Assembly (NCBI GenBank): GCA_965224465.1
Contig: OZ245049.1
Location: 4,320,001 to 4,352,000 of the forward strand
DNA length: 32,000 nucleotides
DNA from: Flavobacteriaceae bacterium
GTDB lineage: Bacteria; Bacteroidota; Bacteroidia; Flavobacteriales; Flavobacteriaceae
Direction of reading: 5' to 3'
Each line of letters begins with the position of its first letter. The first letter of the stretch is position 1. The notes beneath the pieces are model-generated. The model did no database searches. It saw only the letters and a list, made by a program, of their open reading frames with translations, and had not been told where the DNA came from. Shown piece after piece: positions 1 to 8,610 of the stretch. Both the position numbers and the translations under genes were made by a program.

Positions 1-344
1 CCGTAATGAAACCTTTGATTGGAGATTTGAATCATGAGGAGTTTTGGGTTATTTTTTTAAATAATTCTAATAAAATTATTCATAAAACCCAACTGAGCAA
101 AGGAGGACTCACAGGAACACTGGTGGATACTAGATTATTGTTTAAGGAAGCAATTGGTTTACTGGCAACGGGGATAATTCTGTGCCATAATCATCCTTCA
201 GGGAAAGAAAAACCTAGCGAATCTGATAAAGTATTGACACATAAAATTGTAAAAGGAGGCATTACCTTAGATATAAAGGTGCTGGATCATGTGATTATTA
301 CAGAAAAAATGTATTTTAGCTTTGCCGATGAAGGGCTGTTATAA
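1..344 (+). CDS. radC: RadC-like JAB/MPN-domain protein, C-terminal part (5' end probably outside the window)
   Basis: ORF 6..344. The peptide carries the JAMM-type motif ILCHNHPSGKEKPSESD followed by ...LDHVII...FSF.... The segment EEFWVIFLNNSNKII is typical of the start of the RadC JAB domain, and full-length RadC proteins have a further N-terminal region. The frame stays open to the window edge, so the listed Met is probably internal. Confidence 0.8.
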   Translation, partial: VMKPLIGDLNHEEFWVIFLNNSNKIIHKTQLSKGGLTGTLVDTRLLFKEAIGLLATGIILCHNHPSGKEKPSESDKVLTHKIVKGGITLDIKVLDHVIITEKMYFSFADEGLL

Positions 345-361
345 ATTTAAAATAAGAGAGA

Positions 362-1654
362 GTGCTACTTGTATATACGCATAAAATTACACCACGAGTC
401 AATTATGTTTTTAAACATATTTTTGTTAGAATCTTACAAATACCTGTTACTTTTACAAATAAAGTAGAGGAGTTTGTGGCGCATAGTGGGCCTAAAATCA
501 CCTATACAAAAGCACCTTTAGGAACGGAGTTTTTTATTAGAAGTCATGGTTTGTTATTTGAGCAAGGAGTAAACGATGTAGAGATAATTGTTCAAAAATG
601 GGATGATGAAGCTTGTTTTTTTGCAACAGGAGATACATCTACAATACCGTATGATATTTTTTCTGCTAGTTTTTATTTATTAAGTAGGTACGAAGAATAC
701 TTGCCTTTTGTGAAAGATGAGCACCAACGGTTTTCTCCTGAGCAAAGTATTGCTTTTAAAAATGGATTTCTAGAAAAGCCTATTATTGATATTTGGGCGT
801 ATAAGTTTTTAGAATTATTAAAAGATAAATTTCCTGATTATGAATATCCAAAAAGAGAATTTGAATTTATTTCTACGATCAATGTAAGTAAGGCATTTGC
901 ATTCAAACACAAAGGGATAATACGTACTTTTGGAGGTGTTTTAAATGATTTTTTCACCCTTCGATGGATGAATTTATGGAATCGAATTTTGGTTATTTTT
1001 AATTTTAAAAGAGATCCTTACAATACCTTTGATCACCTTATAAAAATACAAAAAGAAACGGGTATTGAAACGTTGTTCTTTTTTTTAATAAGTAATTACA
1101 CAACTTATGATACAAATATTTCTACAACAAGCGATACCTATGTTTCTCTAATAAAATCGGTTGGAGATTACGCAAAAGTAGGAATTCTCCCTTCTTATTT
1201 TACCTATAATAATTTAGAAAAGTTAAAGAAAGAAAAAACCAAATTAGAAAGTATCACAAATATCCCTGTATTTAGAACACGGCAACATTATTTGAGATTA
1301 AACTTTCCCGATACGTATGAAAATCTACTAGACTTAGATATTTTGGAAGATTATTCAATGGGCTATAATACAGCAGTAGGATTTAGAGCAAGTACTTGTA
1401 CGCCTTTTTATTTCTACAATATAGATTTTGAAATTCAGACACCATTAAAGTTGTTTCCATTTGCAGTTTCTGACAGGGCATTAAATACAATACTAAACTA
1501 TACAGTGGATGAAAGTTTGGTAAAAATTACCGAATTAAAAAACGAAGTTAAAAAAGTGAATGGTACATTTATTACTGTTTTTCATAATGAAAGTGTTGGA
1601 AATTATGGAGAATGGGAAGGATGGAAAACCGTATATAAAAATATAGTAAAATAA
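362..1654 (+). CDS. conserved hypothetical protein (430 aa), possibly polysaccharide-deacetylase-like; function uncertain
   Basis: Long uninterrupted ORF with a GTG start. The N-terminus MLLVYTHKITPRVNYVFKHIF resembles a conserved Bacteroidota family that I recall being annotated as polysaccharide deacetylase-like. I could not verify any catalytic motif by eye. Its stop codon abuts the next start (TAA then ATG at 1652-1657). Confidence 0.6.
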   Translation: MLLVYTHKITPRVNYVFKHIFVRILQIPVTFTNKVEEFVAHSGPKITYTKAPLGTEFFIRSHGLLFEQGVNDVEIIVQKWDDEACFFATGDTSTIPYDIFSASFYLLSRYEEYLPFVKDEHQRFSPEQSIAFKNGFLEKPIIDIWAYKFLELLKDKFPDYEYPKREFEFISTINVSKAFAFKHKGIIRTFGGVLNDFFTLRWMNLWNRILVIFNFKRDPYNTFDHLIKIQKETGIETLFFFLISNYTTYDTNISTTSDTYVSLIKSVGDYAKVGILPSYFTYNNLEKLKKEKTKLESITNIPVFRTRQHYLRLNFPDTYENLLDLDILEDYSMGYNTAVGFRASTCTPFYFYNIDFEIQTPLKLFPFAVSDRALNTILNYTVDESLVKITELKNEVKKVNGTFITVFHNESVGNYGEWEGWKTVYKNIVK

Positions 1655-2341
1655 ATGAGAAAAATTACCGACGTTTTTTTTGACTTAGATCATACCTTAT
1701 GGGATTTTGAAGTAAATTCAAAAGTGGCATTTGAAGCCATTTTTAAAACACACAAAATACCTGTTAATATGGAGAAGTTTTTAAACTATTATGTGCCAAT
1801 TAATTTTAAGTTTTGGAAATTATTTAGGGACGAAAAAATAACTAAAGAAACACTTAAATTTGGACGCCTTAAAGAAACATTTGAGATACTTAAAATTAAC
1901 GTATCAAAAGAACAAATAGAATTATTAGCTACGGATTACTTATTAGAATTACCAAATTCTAATGTGCTATTTGATGGAACTCATGAGTTATTGCAGTATT
2001 TGAAAGAGAAAGGATATACATTACATATTATAACCAATGGTTTTAAGAAAGTCCAAGAAAAGAAACTCGAAAACTCTAATATAAATGAATATTTTGACCA
2101 AGTTATTACTTCAGAAAACGTTGGTGTAAAAAAGCCAAATCCACTTATTTTTAAAGAGGCATTACGCAAAGCCAATGTAACGACAGCCAATGCTATAATG
2201 ATAGGTGATAACTGGGAAGCAGATATTATGGGAGCCAAAAATATTGGAATGGATGTTGTTTATTGTAATTTTAATCAACAGCCTGTTGGAGAAAATATTA
2301 AGTCTGTGAACAATTTGTTTGAGATTAAACAGTTTTTATAA
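1655..2341 (+). CDS. HAD-superfamily hydrolase, subfamily IA (YjjG-like nucleotidase type)
   Basis: HAD motif I is FFDLDHTLWDF (DxDxT), motif II is IITNG, motif III is the Lys in VKKPNPLIF, and motif IV is IGDNWEADIMGA. The 228-aa size is typical. Confidence 0.85.
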   Translation: MRKITDVFFDLDHTLWDFEVNSKVAFEAIFKTHKIPVNMEKFLNYYVPINFKFWKLFRDEKITKETLKFGRLKETFEILKINVSKEQIELLATDYLLELPNSNVLFDGTHELLQYLKEKGYTLHIITNGFKKVQEKKLENSNINEYFDQVITSENVGVKKPNPLIFKEALRKANVTTANAIMIGDNWEADIMGAKNIGMDVVYCNFNQQPVGENIKSVNNLFEIKQFL

Positions 2342-2365
2342 ATAATAACCTTTAAAATCAATAAA

Positions 2366-2917
2366 ATGTTAAGTTTTCAGAAAATTTGTTATTTATGTAT
2401 GATTGTTATCTGTTATTCGTGTACCAAACCTATAGATGTTGATCAATTAGACAATGCAAGTTTTGATTCTTCATTTATATTGACATTGGTTCATGTAAAT
2501 TTAAAAGCACCTGATTTTTTAGATGACCTCAATCAAGAAATCCCTGTTACAAGTGATGTAATTCAAGGGCCTAGTTTAGACGATTTACATCCCTATCTCA
2601 AGCGGGTAGAGTTCACCGTAAAAACAACCAATAGTTTTGATAGAAATTTTACATTGAGTATCCTCTTTTTTGATGAGAATAAAAATATTATCTATACGCT
2701 GCAACCTGTAATAACGGTTCCTTTAAATTCCGATGAATTGACATATCTTCTTGAGATTCCAGAGAAGGATGTCAATATTATTTACAGTACCTATTATTTT
2801 GGAATGCAGATGTCTCTATGGAATAGTGAAACAGGTGATGTTATCAAGTTTTCAGACAGCTCTGAATTTAATTTAAAATCAGCAATGAAATTATATTTTA
2901 ACTTAAGAAAGGTATGA
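2366..2917 (+). CDS. hypothetical lipoprotein (183 aa)
   Basis: Hydrophobic N-terminus ending in a lipobox-like ...VICYSC. No recognisable domain. The stop overlaps the next start (ATGA at 2914-2917), which suggests translational coupling. Confidence 0.6.
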   Translation: MLSFQKICYLCMIVICYSCTKPIDVDQLDNASFDSSFILTLVHVNLKAPDFLDDLNQEIPVTSDVIQGPSLDDLHPYLKRVEFTVKTTNSFDRNFTLSILFFDENKNIIYTLQPVITVPLNSDELTYLLEIPEKDVNIIYSTYYFGMQMSLWNSETGDVIKFSDSSEFNLKSAMKLYFNLRKV

Positions 2918-4287
2918 GAGAATTCATTCTAATTAGTAGTTTTTTAATCACCTTTCTTTGCAGTGCTCAGAACAAGCAGCTATTGTATGATTTTGTAGGC
3001 ATTCCTCAATCCTTGATGTTAAATCCTGCGGTAGATTTTCAGGGTAAATTTCATATAGGTATTCCGGGTCTTTCTCAGTTGTCTTTACATGGAGGTTTTA
3101 GTGGGTTTTCTGCCTATGATTTATTGGCGGATAATAGTGTGCCTGTTAATGATAAGATAAAAAATATTTATGATTCCTTTGGGAAGACCGAATTTATGAG
3201 CTTGAATCAGCAATTAGAAATTTTAAATATTGGGTTCAGACATCCTAATTCCGATTATATAAGTTTTGGGTATTATCAAGAATTGGACGTTTTATTTAAG
3301 TTTCCAAAAGATTTGGTAGACCTGTTTTACAATGGAAATACCGTATTAAATCGTAAATATTCCATACGTAATTTATCAGCCCAAGCCGAGTTGTTAGGTG
3401 TTTTTCATGTAGGGATTTCTCGTAAAATAAGCTCGTTTACGCGAATGGGAGCGCGTGTAAAAATTTATTCGAGTGTTGCAAGTATATCTACCAAGAAAAA
3501 CAAAGGGTATATCTATACAGAAAATGGAACAGAGAATATTTACAGACAACATTTAGAGAATGTAGATGTACTATTGGAGACCTCTGGAGTTGATCTTCCA
3601 GATGATATGGATACCGGGCCAACTTATATTAAGAGTCAATTTTTATTGGGAGGTGATTTAGGACTGGGGGTAGATTTTGGTTTTACATATACACCAGAAA
3701 AACAATGGGAGGTTACAGGAAGTATTCAGGATTTAGGTTTTATTTACTACACAAATAATGTAGCGTCGTATCGTGTAAGAGGAAGTTATCAACTGGAGGG
3801 GTTTCAGTTAAAATTTGATCCAGATTCTCCAGATGATTATTGGAAAGAGTTAAAGGATGATTTTGAAAAGGATATTGTTACAGATACGATTCGTTCACCT
3901 TTTATGAATTTGAGACCTGTTAAATTAAATGGATCAGTATCTTATTCTTTTGGAAGAAAACGTATTGGAGACTGTAATTTTATTAATAAATTCTCACCGT
4001 ACAGGCATAAAGTAGGGGCGCATTTATTTTCTCGTTTGAATCTAGTCCATTCCTATATTGCGGGGACGTTGTTTTATGAACATAGATTAGGGAAGTCACT
4101 TTCAACAAAAATAACGTATACAGTAGATCCTTTTTCTTATGCAAATATTGGATTTGGAATGTCTGCAAGGGCAGGTGCTTTTCATTTTTATGCAGCTGCT
4201 GATAATTTACTAGGCGTACAGAATGTTTATGCTATGAAGAGTGCCAATGTACAATTAGGAATGAATTTTATTTTTGGCACTTATTAA
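2914..4287 (+). CDS. putative outer-membrane beta-barrel protein (457 aa), uncharacterised family
   Basis: Signal peptide MREFILISSFLITFLCSAQ. The sequence shows alternating Gly/aromatic-rich strands, and the C-terminus ...LGMNFIFGTY ends in an aromatic residue as OM beta-signals do. It overlaps the upstream lipoprotein gene by 4 bp. Confidence 0.6.
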   Translation: MREFILISSFLITFLCSAQNKQLLYDFVGIPQSLMLNPAVDFQGKFHIGIPGLSQLSLHGGFSGFSAYDLLADNSVPVNDKIKNIYDSFGKTEFMSLNQQLEILNIGFRHPNSDYISFGYYQELDVLFKFPKDLVDLFYNGNTVLNRKYSIRNLSAQAELLGVFHVGISRKISSFTRMGARVKIYSSVASISTKKNKGYIYTENGTENIYRQHLENVDVLLETSGVDLPDDMDTGPTYIKSQFLLGGDLGLGVDFGFTYTPEKQWEVTGSIQDLGFIYYTNNVASYRVRGSYQLEGFQLKFDPDSPDDYWKELKDDFEKDIVTDTIRSPFMNLRPVKLNGSVSYSFGRKRIGDCNFINKFSPYRHKVGAHLFSRLNLVHSYIAGTLFYEHRLGKSLSTKITYTVDPFSYANIGFGMSARAGAFHFYAAADNLLGVQNVYAMKSANVQLGMNFIFGTY

Positions 4288-4318
4288 TTGTATATTTACC
4301 CTTGAAAATTTGATTTAG

Positions 4319-5116
4319 ATGAAAAAAATAATAGTACTCGTTGCCTTTTTATGTGTGGTTTTTACTGTAAATGCACAAACAGAACTAAATGCTTATAAAT
4401 ATATTATTGTAAAAAAACAGTATGGTTTTCAAAAATCCGCTGATGCGTATCAGTTGAACTCACTGACCAAGTTTTTGTTAATGAAAAACAATTTACATGT
4501 ACTATTCGATAGAGACAATTTCCCAAACGATTTGGCGGTCAATTCCTGCGTGGCTTTAACGGTTGAGTTGGTAGATGAATCTGGAATGTTTAATACGGAA
4601 CTGTCTGCTAATTTTCGCGATTGCAAGAATCAAATAGTGTACACCACGCCAGTAGGTATGAGTAAGATAAAAGATTACAAACAAGCATATCATGCAGCTA
4701 TTAGAAAAAGCTTCGCTGTGTTGAAGGATTATAAATACAGCTATACAGGTAGGGAAGTGGTCGTATTTGAGGAACTAAAAAAAGAAGTATCCGATCTAAA
4801 TGGATCGCATGTGGTTTCTGATGGATACGTAGTGGATGTACCTGAAAAAGTACTTCCAAGTGTTTCAAAAGCTATAATTGAAGGAGATTATTCCAATGGA
4901 AATATGTCTTTTAAAGTACTATTAAAAGGGGGTGGTTTTGAATTGATACATCCAGAAATAGGCAAAATAGCAACCTTGTATAAAACATCAACTGCTACGT
5001 TGTTTATTGTTCAGTGGCTAGGGAAAACGGAGCCTAAATTAGCAGAAATAACAGCTGATAATAGTTTAAAAATAGATACTGATTCAGGATTTAAAATCTA
5101 TAAAAAGAAACAATAA
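4319..5116 (+). CDS. hypothetical secreted protein (265 aa)
   Basis: Cleavable-looking signal peptide MKKIIVLVAFLCVVFTVNAQ. No recognisable motif. It is the last gene of the 2366-5116 co-directional cluster and is followed by a terminator. Confidence 0.6.
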   Translation: MKKIIVLVAFLCVVFTVNAQTELNAYKYIIVKKQYGFQKSADAYQLNSLTKFLLMKNNLHVLFDRDNFPNDLAVNSCVALTVELVDESGMFNTELSANFRDCKNQIVYTTPVGMSKIKDYKQAYHAAIRKSFAVLKDYKYSYTGREVVVFEELKKEVSDLNGSHVVSDGYVVDVPEKVLPSVSKAIIEGDYSNGNMSFKVLLKGGGFELIHPEIGKIATLYKTSTATLFIVQWLGKTEPKLAEITADNSLKIDTDSGFKIYKKKQ

Positions 5117-5148
5117 AACGCATTGAATTTAAGTTGAAATAAAATAAA

Positions 5149-5176
5149 GGTACGACACATGTTGTGCCTTTTTTTT
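5149..5176 (+). terminator. intrinsic terminator after the 2366-5116 cluster (possibly bidirectional)
   Basis: GGTACGAC-acat-GTTGTGCC forms an 8-bp stem (two G:U pairs) followed by TTTTTTTT. On the opposite strand the hairpin is followed by TTTATTTT. Confidence 0.7.
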
Positions 5177-5206
5177 GTTGATGCTTGCGACATCTGGTAT
5201 TGTTGA

Positions 5207-5418
5207 GTAAAACAAACTATTTGTATCGGTTATTTTGGATTGTAATTGGTATAATACCAATTAAATTCCAAGTGACGGTTTAGAAATGGAATTATTTTTT
5301 GTTTTAACTAGGCGGAAAATGGAAGGATAGCCTTAGCTATCGTTCTGTTTTTCAACAACGCTAAAACGTAAAACAAACTATTTATATCGGTTATTTTGGA
5401 TTGTAATTGGTATTACTT
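5207..5418. repeat. intergenic repeat element, copy A (about 46-bp arm, about 115-bp core, then a second arm; period 161 bp)
   Basis: The arm GTAAAACAAACTATTT(G/A)TATCGGTTATTTTGGATTGTAATTGGTAT occurs at 5207-5252 and again at 5368-5413. The core at 5277-5367 contains the perfect hairpin GATAGC-ctta-GCTATC. About 85% of the core plus right arm recurs at 8288-8422. Confidence 0.85.
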
Positions 5419-5465
5419 ATCATTCGACATCATTACCAAAAACAGGCTACGAAGTGTATCGTGAT

Positions 5466-6740
5466 TTAATACCCGTATTTTCCTTTCCATTTTTCGTTTA
5501 AGAATTTTCGCATGCCATGTTCGCGTTGGTTTGCACCAGGGCTGAACAAGCGTGTTTCTTTAATTTCTTCGGGCATAAATTCTTGATCTATAAAATTGCC
5601 TTCATAGCCATGGGCATATTTGTATTCTTTCCCATAATTGAGTTCTTTCATTAATTTTGTAGGGGCATTTCTGAGGTGTAAAGGAACAGGGAGATCCCCA
5701 GTTTCTTTTACAAGTGCTTGTGCTTTTCCTATAGCTTCATAGCTGCTATTGCTCTTTGCAGAACTTGCTAAATACACGACACATTGACTCAGGATAATAC
5801 GTGATTCTGGAAAACCAATAATATTGACTGCTTGAAAAGTGTTATTTGCCATAATTAAAGCTGTAGGATTTGCGTTTCCGATATCCTCTGATGCTAAAAT
5901 TAAGAGGCGACGTGCAATAAATTTGGCGTCTTCTCCACCTTCAATCATTCTAGCCAGCCAGTATACAGCTGCATTTGGGTCGCTTCCCCTAATAGATTTT
6001 ATAAATGCCGATATAATGTCGTAATGTTGCTCCCCTGTTTTATCGTAACGAGCCATGTTCTGTTGTACTTTTTGTGCTACCATAGTATTGGTAATACAAA
6101 TGGGTTCGTCTTCTGAATTGATAATTAACTCGAAAATATTGAGAAGTTTTCTTGCATCACCTCCTGAGAGTTTTAAAAGAGCTTCTGTTTCTTTTAATTC
6201 TATTTTTATAGAGGATAGAATGCTGTCTTTTGTCATGGCGCGTTCTAAGAGTTGGATTAAATCGTCCTTTGTAAAGGCATTTAAAACATATACTTGACAG
6301 CGAGAGAGTAGGGCAGGAATCACTTCAAAACTCGGGTTTTCTGTAGTAGCACCAATTAATGTTACCCATCCTTTTTCTACGGCGCCTAATAATGAGTCCT
6401 GTTGTGATTTACTAAAACGATGAATCTCATCAATAAATAAAATAGGATTTTTTGTAGTAAAAAGTCCCGTTTGTTGCTTGGCTTTATTGATGATTTCCCG
6501 TACCTCTTTTACTCCAGAGTTGATAGCACTTAATTGGTAAAATGGACGTCCAGAATGCTTTGCAATAATAGTAGCCAAAGTAGTTTTTCCAATGCCAGGA
6601 GGTCCCCAGAAAATAAGGGAAGGAATGACTCCTCTTTTAATATGTTGTGTAAGTGATCCTTTTGGACCTACTATATGTCCCTGACTGATGTAATCTTCTA
6701 AGTTTTGAGGCCTGATTCTTTCTGCTAATGGTGCATTCAT
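5466..6740 (-). CDS. rarA: replication-associated recombination protein A (AAA+ ATPase, RarA/MgsA)
   Basis: N-terminus [17 protein letters not shown], Walker [12 protein letters not shown], Walker [10 protein letters not shown], sensor region [10 protein letters not shown], and the C-terminal MgsA-type block [26 protein letters not shown]. Length is 424 aa. Confidence 0.95.
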   Translation of the reverse strand: MNAPLAERIRPQNLEDYISQGHIVGPKGSLTQHIKRGVIPSLIFWGPPGIGKTTLATIIAKHSGRPFYQLSAINSGVKEVREIINKAKQQTGLFTTKNPILFIDEIHRFSKSQQDSLLGAVEKGWVTLIGATTENPSFEVIPALLSRCQVYVLNAFTKDDLIQLLERAMTKDSILSSIKIELKETEALLKLSGGDARKLLNIFELIINSEDEPICITNTMVAQKVQQNMARYDKTGEQHYDIISAFIKSIRGSDPNAAVYWLARMIEGGEDAKFIARRLLILASEDIGNANPTALIMANNTFQAVNIIGFPESRIILSQCVVYLASSAKSNSSYEAIGKAQALVKETGDLPVPLHLRNAPTKLMKELNYGKEYKYAHGYEGNFIDQEFMPEEIKETRLFSPGANQREHGMRKFLNEKWKGKYGY

Positions 6741-6797
6741 AGTGTAAAAATACTACTTTAAAAAGTGTGATTATTGTTTTAGTTTTTATATTTACAC

Positions 6798-7481
6798 ATG
6801 CAAAATAAAAATGACATTAAATATTCGCACATAGTTTGGTTTGTGCCACTACTCTTGTTAGTCTCTATATGGATGGTTTATATAGTAGAGATAAAATTCG
6901 GATTTAATTTTAATAAATATGGGATTTACCCTCAGTCTTTAAAAGGCTTAAGAGGCGTGTTTTTTTCTCCTTTTATCCATGGTAACACCAATCATTTAAT
7001 TAATAATTCAGTGCCATTAGTGGTATTGTCTGCTTGTTTGTTCTTTTTTTATAAGGAGGTTGCATGGAAAGTGTTACTTATAGGAACGCTGTGTTCTGGA
7101 TTTATGACATGGAGCATTGCTAGGGATAATTATCATATAGGCGCAAGCGGTGTGATCTACTTATTGTTTAGTTTTATATTTTTTAGCGGAGTAATCCGAA
7201 GGAATTATCGCTTGGTAGCCATTTCTTTAGGGGTTGTTTTTTTATACGGAAGTATGATTTGGTATGTGTTTCCAGTAAAAGAAGGAATTTCTTGGGAAGG
7301 ACATTTATCAGGATTTGTAATAGGCGTATTGTTTGCTGTTATTTACAGAAAAATAGGACTTCAAAAAACGGAGCATACCTATACAATATCAGAGTTTGAT
7401 ACGTACTTTGATGAAGAGGGGAATTTAAAAGAAAGTATAGAGGAAGAATCTTCTATTTCGAATATTGACGTTGACGAATAG
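6798..7481 (+). CDS. rhomboid-family intramembrane serine protease
   Basis: Multi-pass hydrophobic protein with HGNTNHLINN (the rhomboid H..xxxN block), the catalytic GASGVIYLL (GxSG) motif, and a downstream HLSGFVIG carrying the catalytic His. Confidence 0.85.
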   Translation: MQNKNDIKYSHIVWFVPLLLLVSIWMVYIVEIKFGFNFNKYGIYPQSLKGLRGVFFSPFIHGNTNHLINNSVPLVVLSACLFFFYKEVAWKVLLIGTLCSGFMTWSIARDNYHIGASGVIYLLFSFIFFSGVIRRNYRLVAISLGVVFLYGSMIWYVFPVKEGISWEGHLSGFVIGVLFAVIYRKIGLQKTEHTYTISEFDTYFDEEGNLKESIEEESSISNIDVDE

Positions 7482-8202
7482 CCTCGTATAAAAAAGCACC
7501 ACATGCAACAGATACATTCAAAGATTCAATAGATCCTAAGATAGGTAACTTAGCCTTTTCGTTTACTAATTTTAAGATTGAAGGGTTTACACCTCTGTCC
7601 TCTGATCCCATAATAATAGCAGTAGGCTGGTCAAAATTCACATCAAATACGGAGTTTTCGGTTTTTTCAGTAGCTGCGACTAATTGAATTTCTGCGGCTT
7701 GAAATTGGAATACAGCATCTTTTACATGGTCTACTTTACAAATAGGCATTTTAAAGGCGGCACCTGCAGATGTTTTTACAGCGTCAGCATTTACTGGAGC
7801 ACTCCCGTGTTTGGCAATAATAATACCGTGTACACCTGTACATTCTGCAGTTCTGATAATTGCTCCAAAATTTCGTACATCGGAGATTCCATCCAAAATT
7901 AAAAATAAAGGTGTCACACCAGATTCCACAGTTTTGGAAATTAGTTCATCTAAATCATGGTAGGTAATCGGGGCTATTTGTGCAGCAACTCCTTGGTGGT
8001 TACTGTTTTTAGATAAGCGGTCTAGCTTTTCTACAGGAACATAGCTCAAGGTTATTTTTTCGCGTTTGATCAAGCTGTTCAATTCGCTAAAAAGATGCCC
8101 TTTTAAATCGCGCTGCATATACACTTTTTCTACTGATTCTCCATTGTTGATTGCTTCGATAATAGCACGTAAACCAAATATTTTAGTTGTCTTTTTTTCC
8201 AT
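7453..8202 (-). CDS. rlmB: SpoU/TrmH-family RNA 2'-O-ribose methyltransferase (RlmB-like)
   Basis: The N-terminal substrate-binding segment is IFGLRAIIEAI and the SpoU motifs are LILDGISDVRNFGAIIRTAE, IIMGSEDRGV and LPILGSIESLNVSVACG. I placed the start at the internal Met (MEKKTTKIFG, ATG at 8202-8200). The 24-codon extension in the ORF track (up to 8274) runs into the intergenic repeat and gives an atypical N-terminus. Confidence 0.85.
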   Translation of the reverse strand: MEKKTTKIFGLRAIIEAINNGESVEKVYMQRDLKGHLFSELNSLIKREKITLSYVPVEKLDRLSKNSNHQGVAAQIAPITYHDLDELISKTVESGVTPLFLILDGISDVRNFGAIIRTAECTGVHGIIIAKHGSAPVNADAVKTSAGAAFKMPICKVDHVKDAVFQFQAAEIQLVAATEKTENSVFDVNFDQPTAIIMGSEDRGVNPSILKLVNEKAKLPILGSIESLNVSVACGAFLYEAIRQRQYSK

Positions 8203-8259
8203 GGCCACAAAGGTAGGGGTAATTGTTTGATATAAAAAATACTTCTTGTAGTGTTGCTT

Positions 8260-8430
8260 AGTAATACCAACCACATTTCCAATTGATGGTTTAGAAATGG
8301 AATTGTTTTTTGTTTTAGATAGTCGAAAAATCTAAGGATAGCCTTAGCTATCGTTCTGTTTTTCAACGACGCTAGCGCGTAAAACAACCTATTTGTATTG
8401 GTGATTTTTGATTGTAATAGGTGTAATAGC
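8260..8430. repeat. intergenic repeat element, copy B (same family and orientation as 5207-5418)
   Basis: Positions 8288-8422 align with 5277-5414 at roughly 85% by hand alignment. The alignment includes the identical block AAGGATAGCCTTAGCTATCGTTCTGTTTTTCAAC. The TAATACCAA junction at 8262-8270 also matches 5252-5260. Confidence 0.8.
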
Positions 8431-8528
8431 GTATTTATTGAGTGATTTTTGTCTTATTAGATTTTCTTTTCAAAATGATTGTTTAACAACTGTCATTTAA
8501 AAATAGTTAAGGTTCGAAAATGTATGTC

Positions 8529-8566
8529 AAAAAAAATAGCTGAACAATATGGTGGTTGTTCAGCTA
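8529..8566 (-). terminator. intrinsic terminator downstream of the first susD
   Basis: TAGCTGAACAA-tatggtgg-TTGTTCAGCTA forms an 11-bp perfect stem. On the minus strand it is followed by a run of 8 T. On the plus strand it is followed by TTATTTTATTT, so it may act bidirectionally. Confidence 0.8.
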
Positions 8567-8610
8567 TTATTTTATTTAAAATTGGACGTTGTTTATAAAG
8601 TGCAATTTCT

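Noticed and set aside
1981-2238. Short ORFs nested antisense or out of frame inside long genes. They lie at 1981..2238, 3983..4168, 5839..6024, 6055..6297, 7684..7902, 9408..9608, 11474..11683, 14499..14813, 15261..15449, 16115..16300 and 16740..16934. Further ones lie at 21977..22174, 23508..23747, 26347..26544, 27155..27430, 27464..27655 and 28436..28642. ORF 19539..19742 lies antisense to the ISL3-like remnant rather than inside a gene.
   Set aside because: Each lies wholly inside a much longer ORF with clear family identity or, for 19539..19742, inside the transposase remnant. The peptides are low-complexity or feature-less. They are typical of chance ORFs in AT-rich DNA.
6741-6797. A possible Bacteroidota -7 box (TATATTTA at 6787-6794) in the divergent rarA/rhomboid intergenic region.
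   Set aside because: The last base deviates from TAnnTTTG. The only upstream TTG is about 10 nt away rather than about 19 nt. The box would also put the transcription start practically on the ATG. This is too weak to call without transcription-start data.
8130-8387. An 85-aa minus-strand ORF spans the rlmB start region and the intergenic repeat.
   Set aside because: It is out of frame with rlmB and runs through repeat copy B, whose other copy (5277-5414) does not keep the frame. The peptide has no recognisable features. It is most likely spurious.
5207-8430. A CRISPR-like array, suggested by the repeated arms and cores.
   Set aside because: There are only two or three copies, the units are 46-160 bp rather than 25-40 bp, there is no regular repeat-spacer periodicity, and no cas genes are present.
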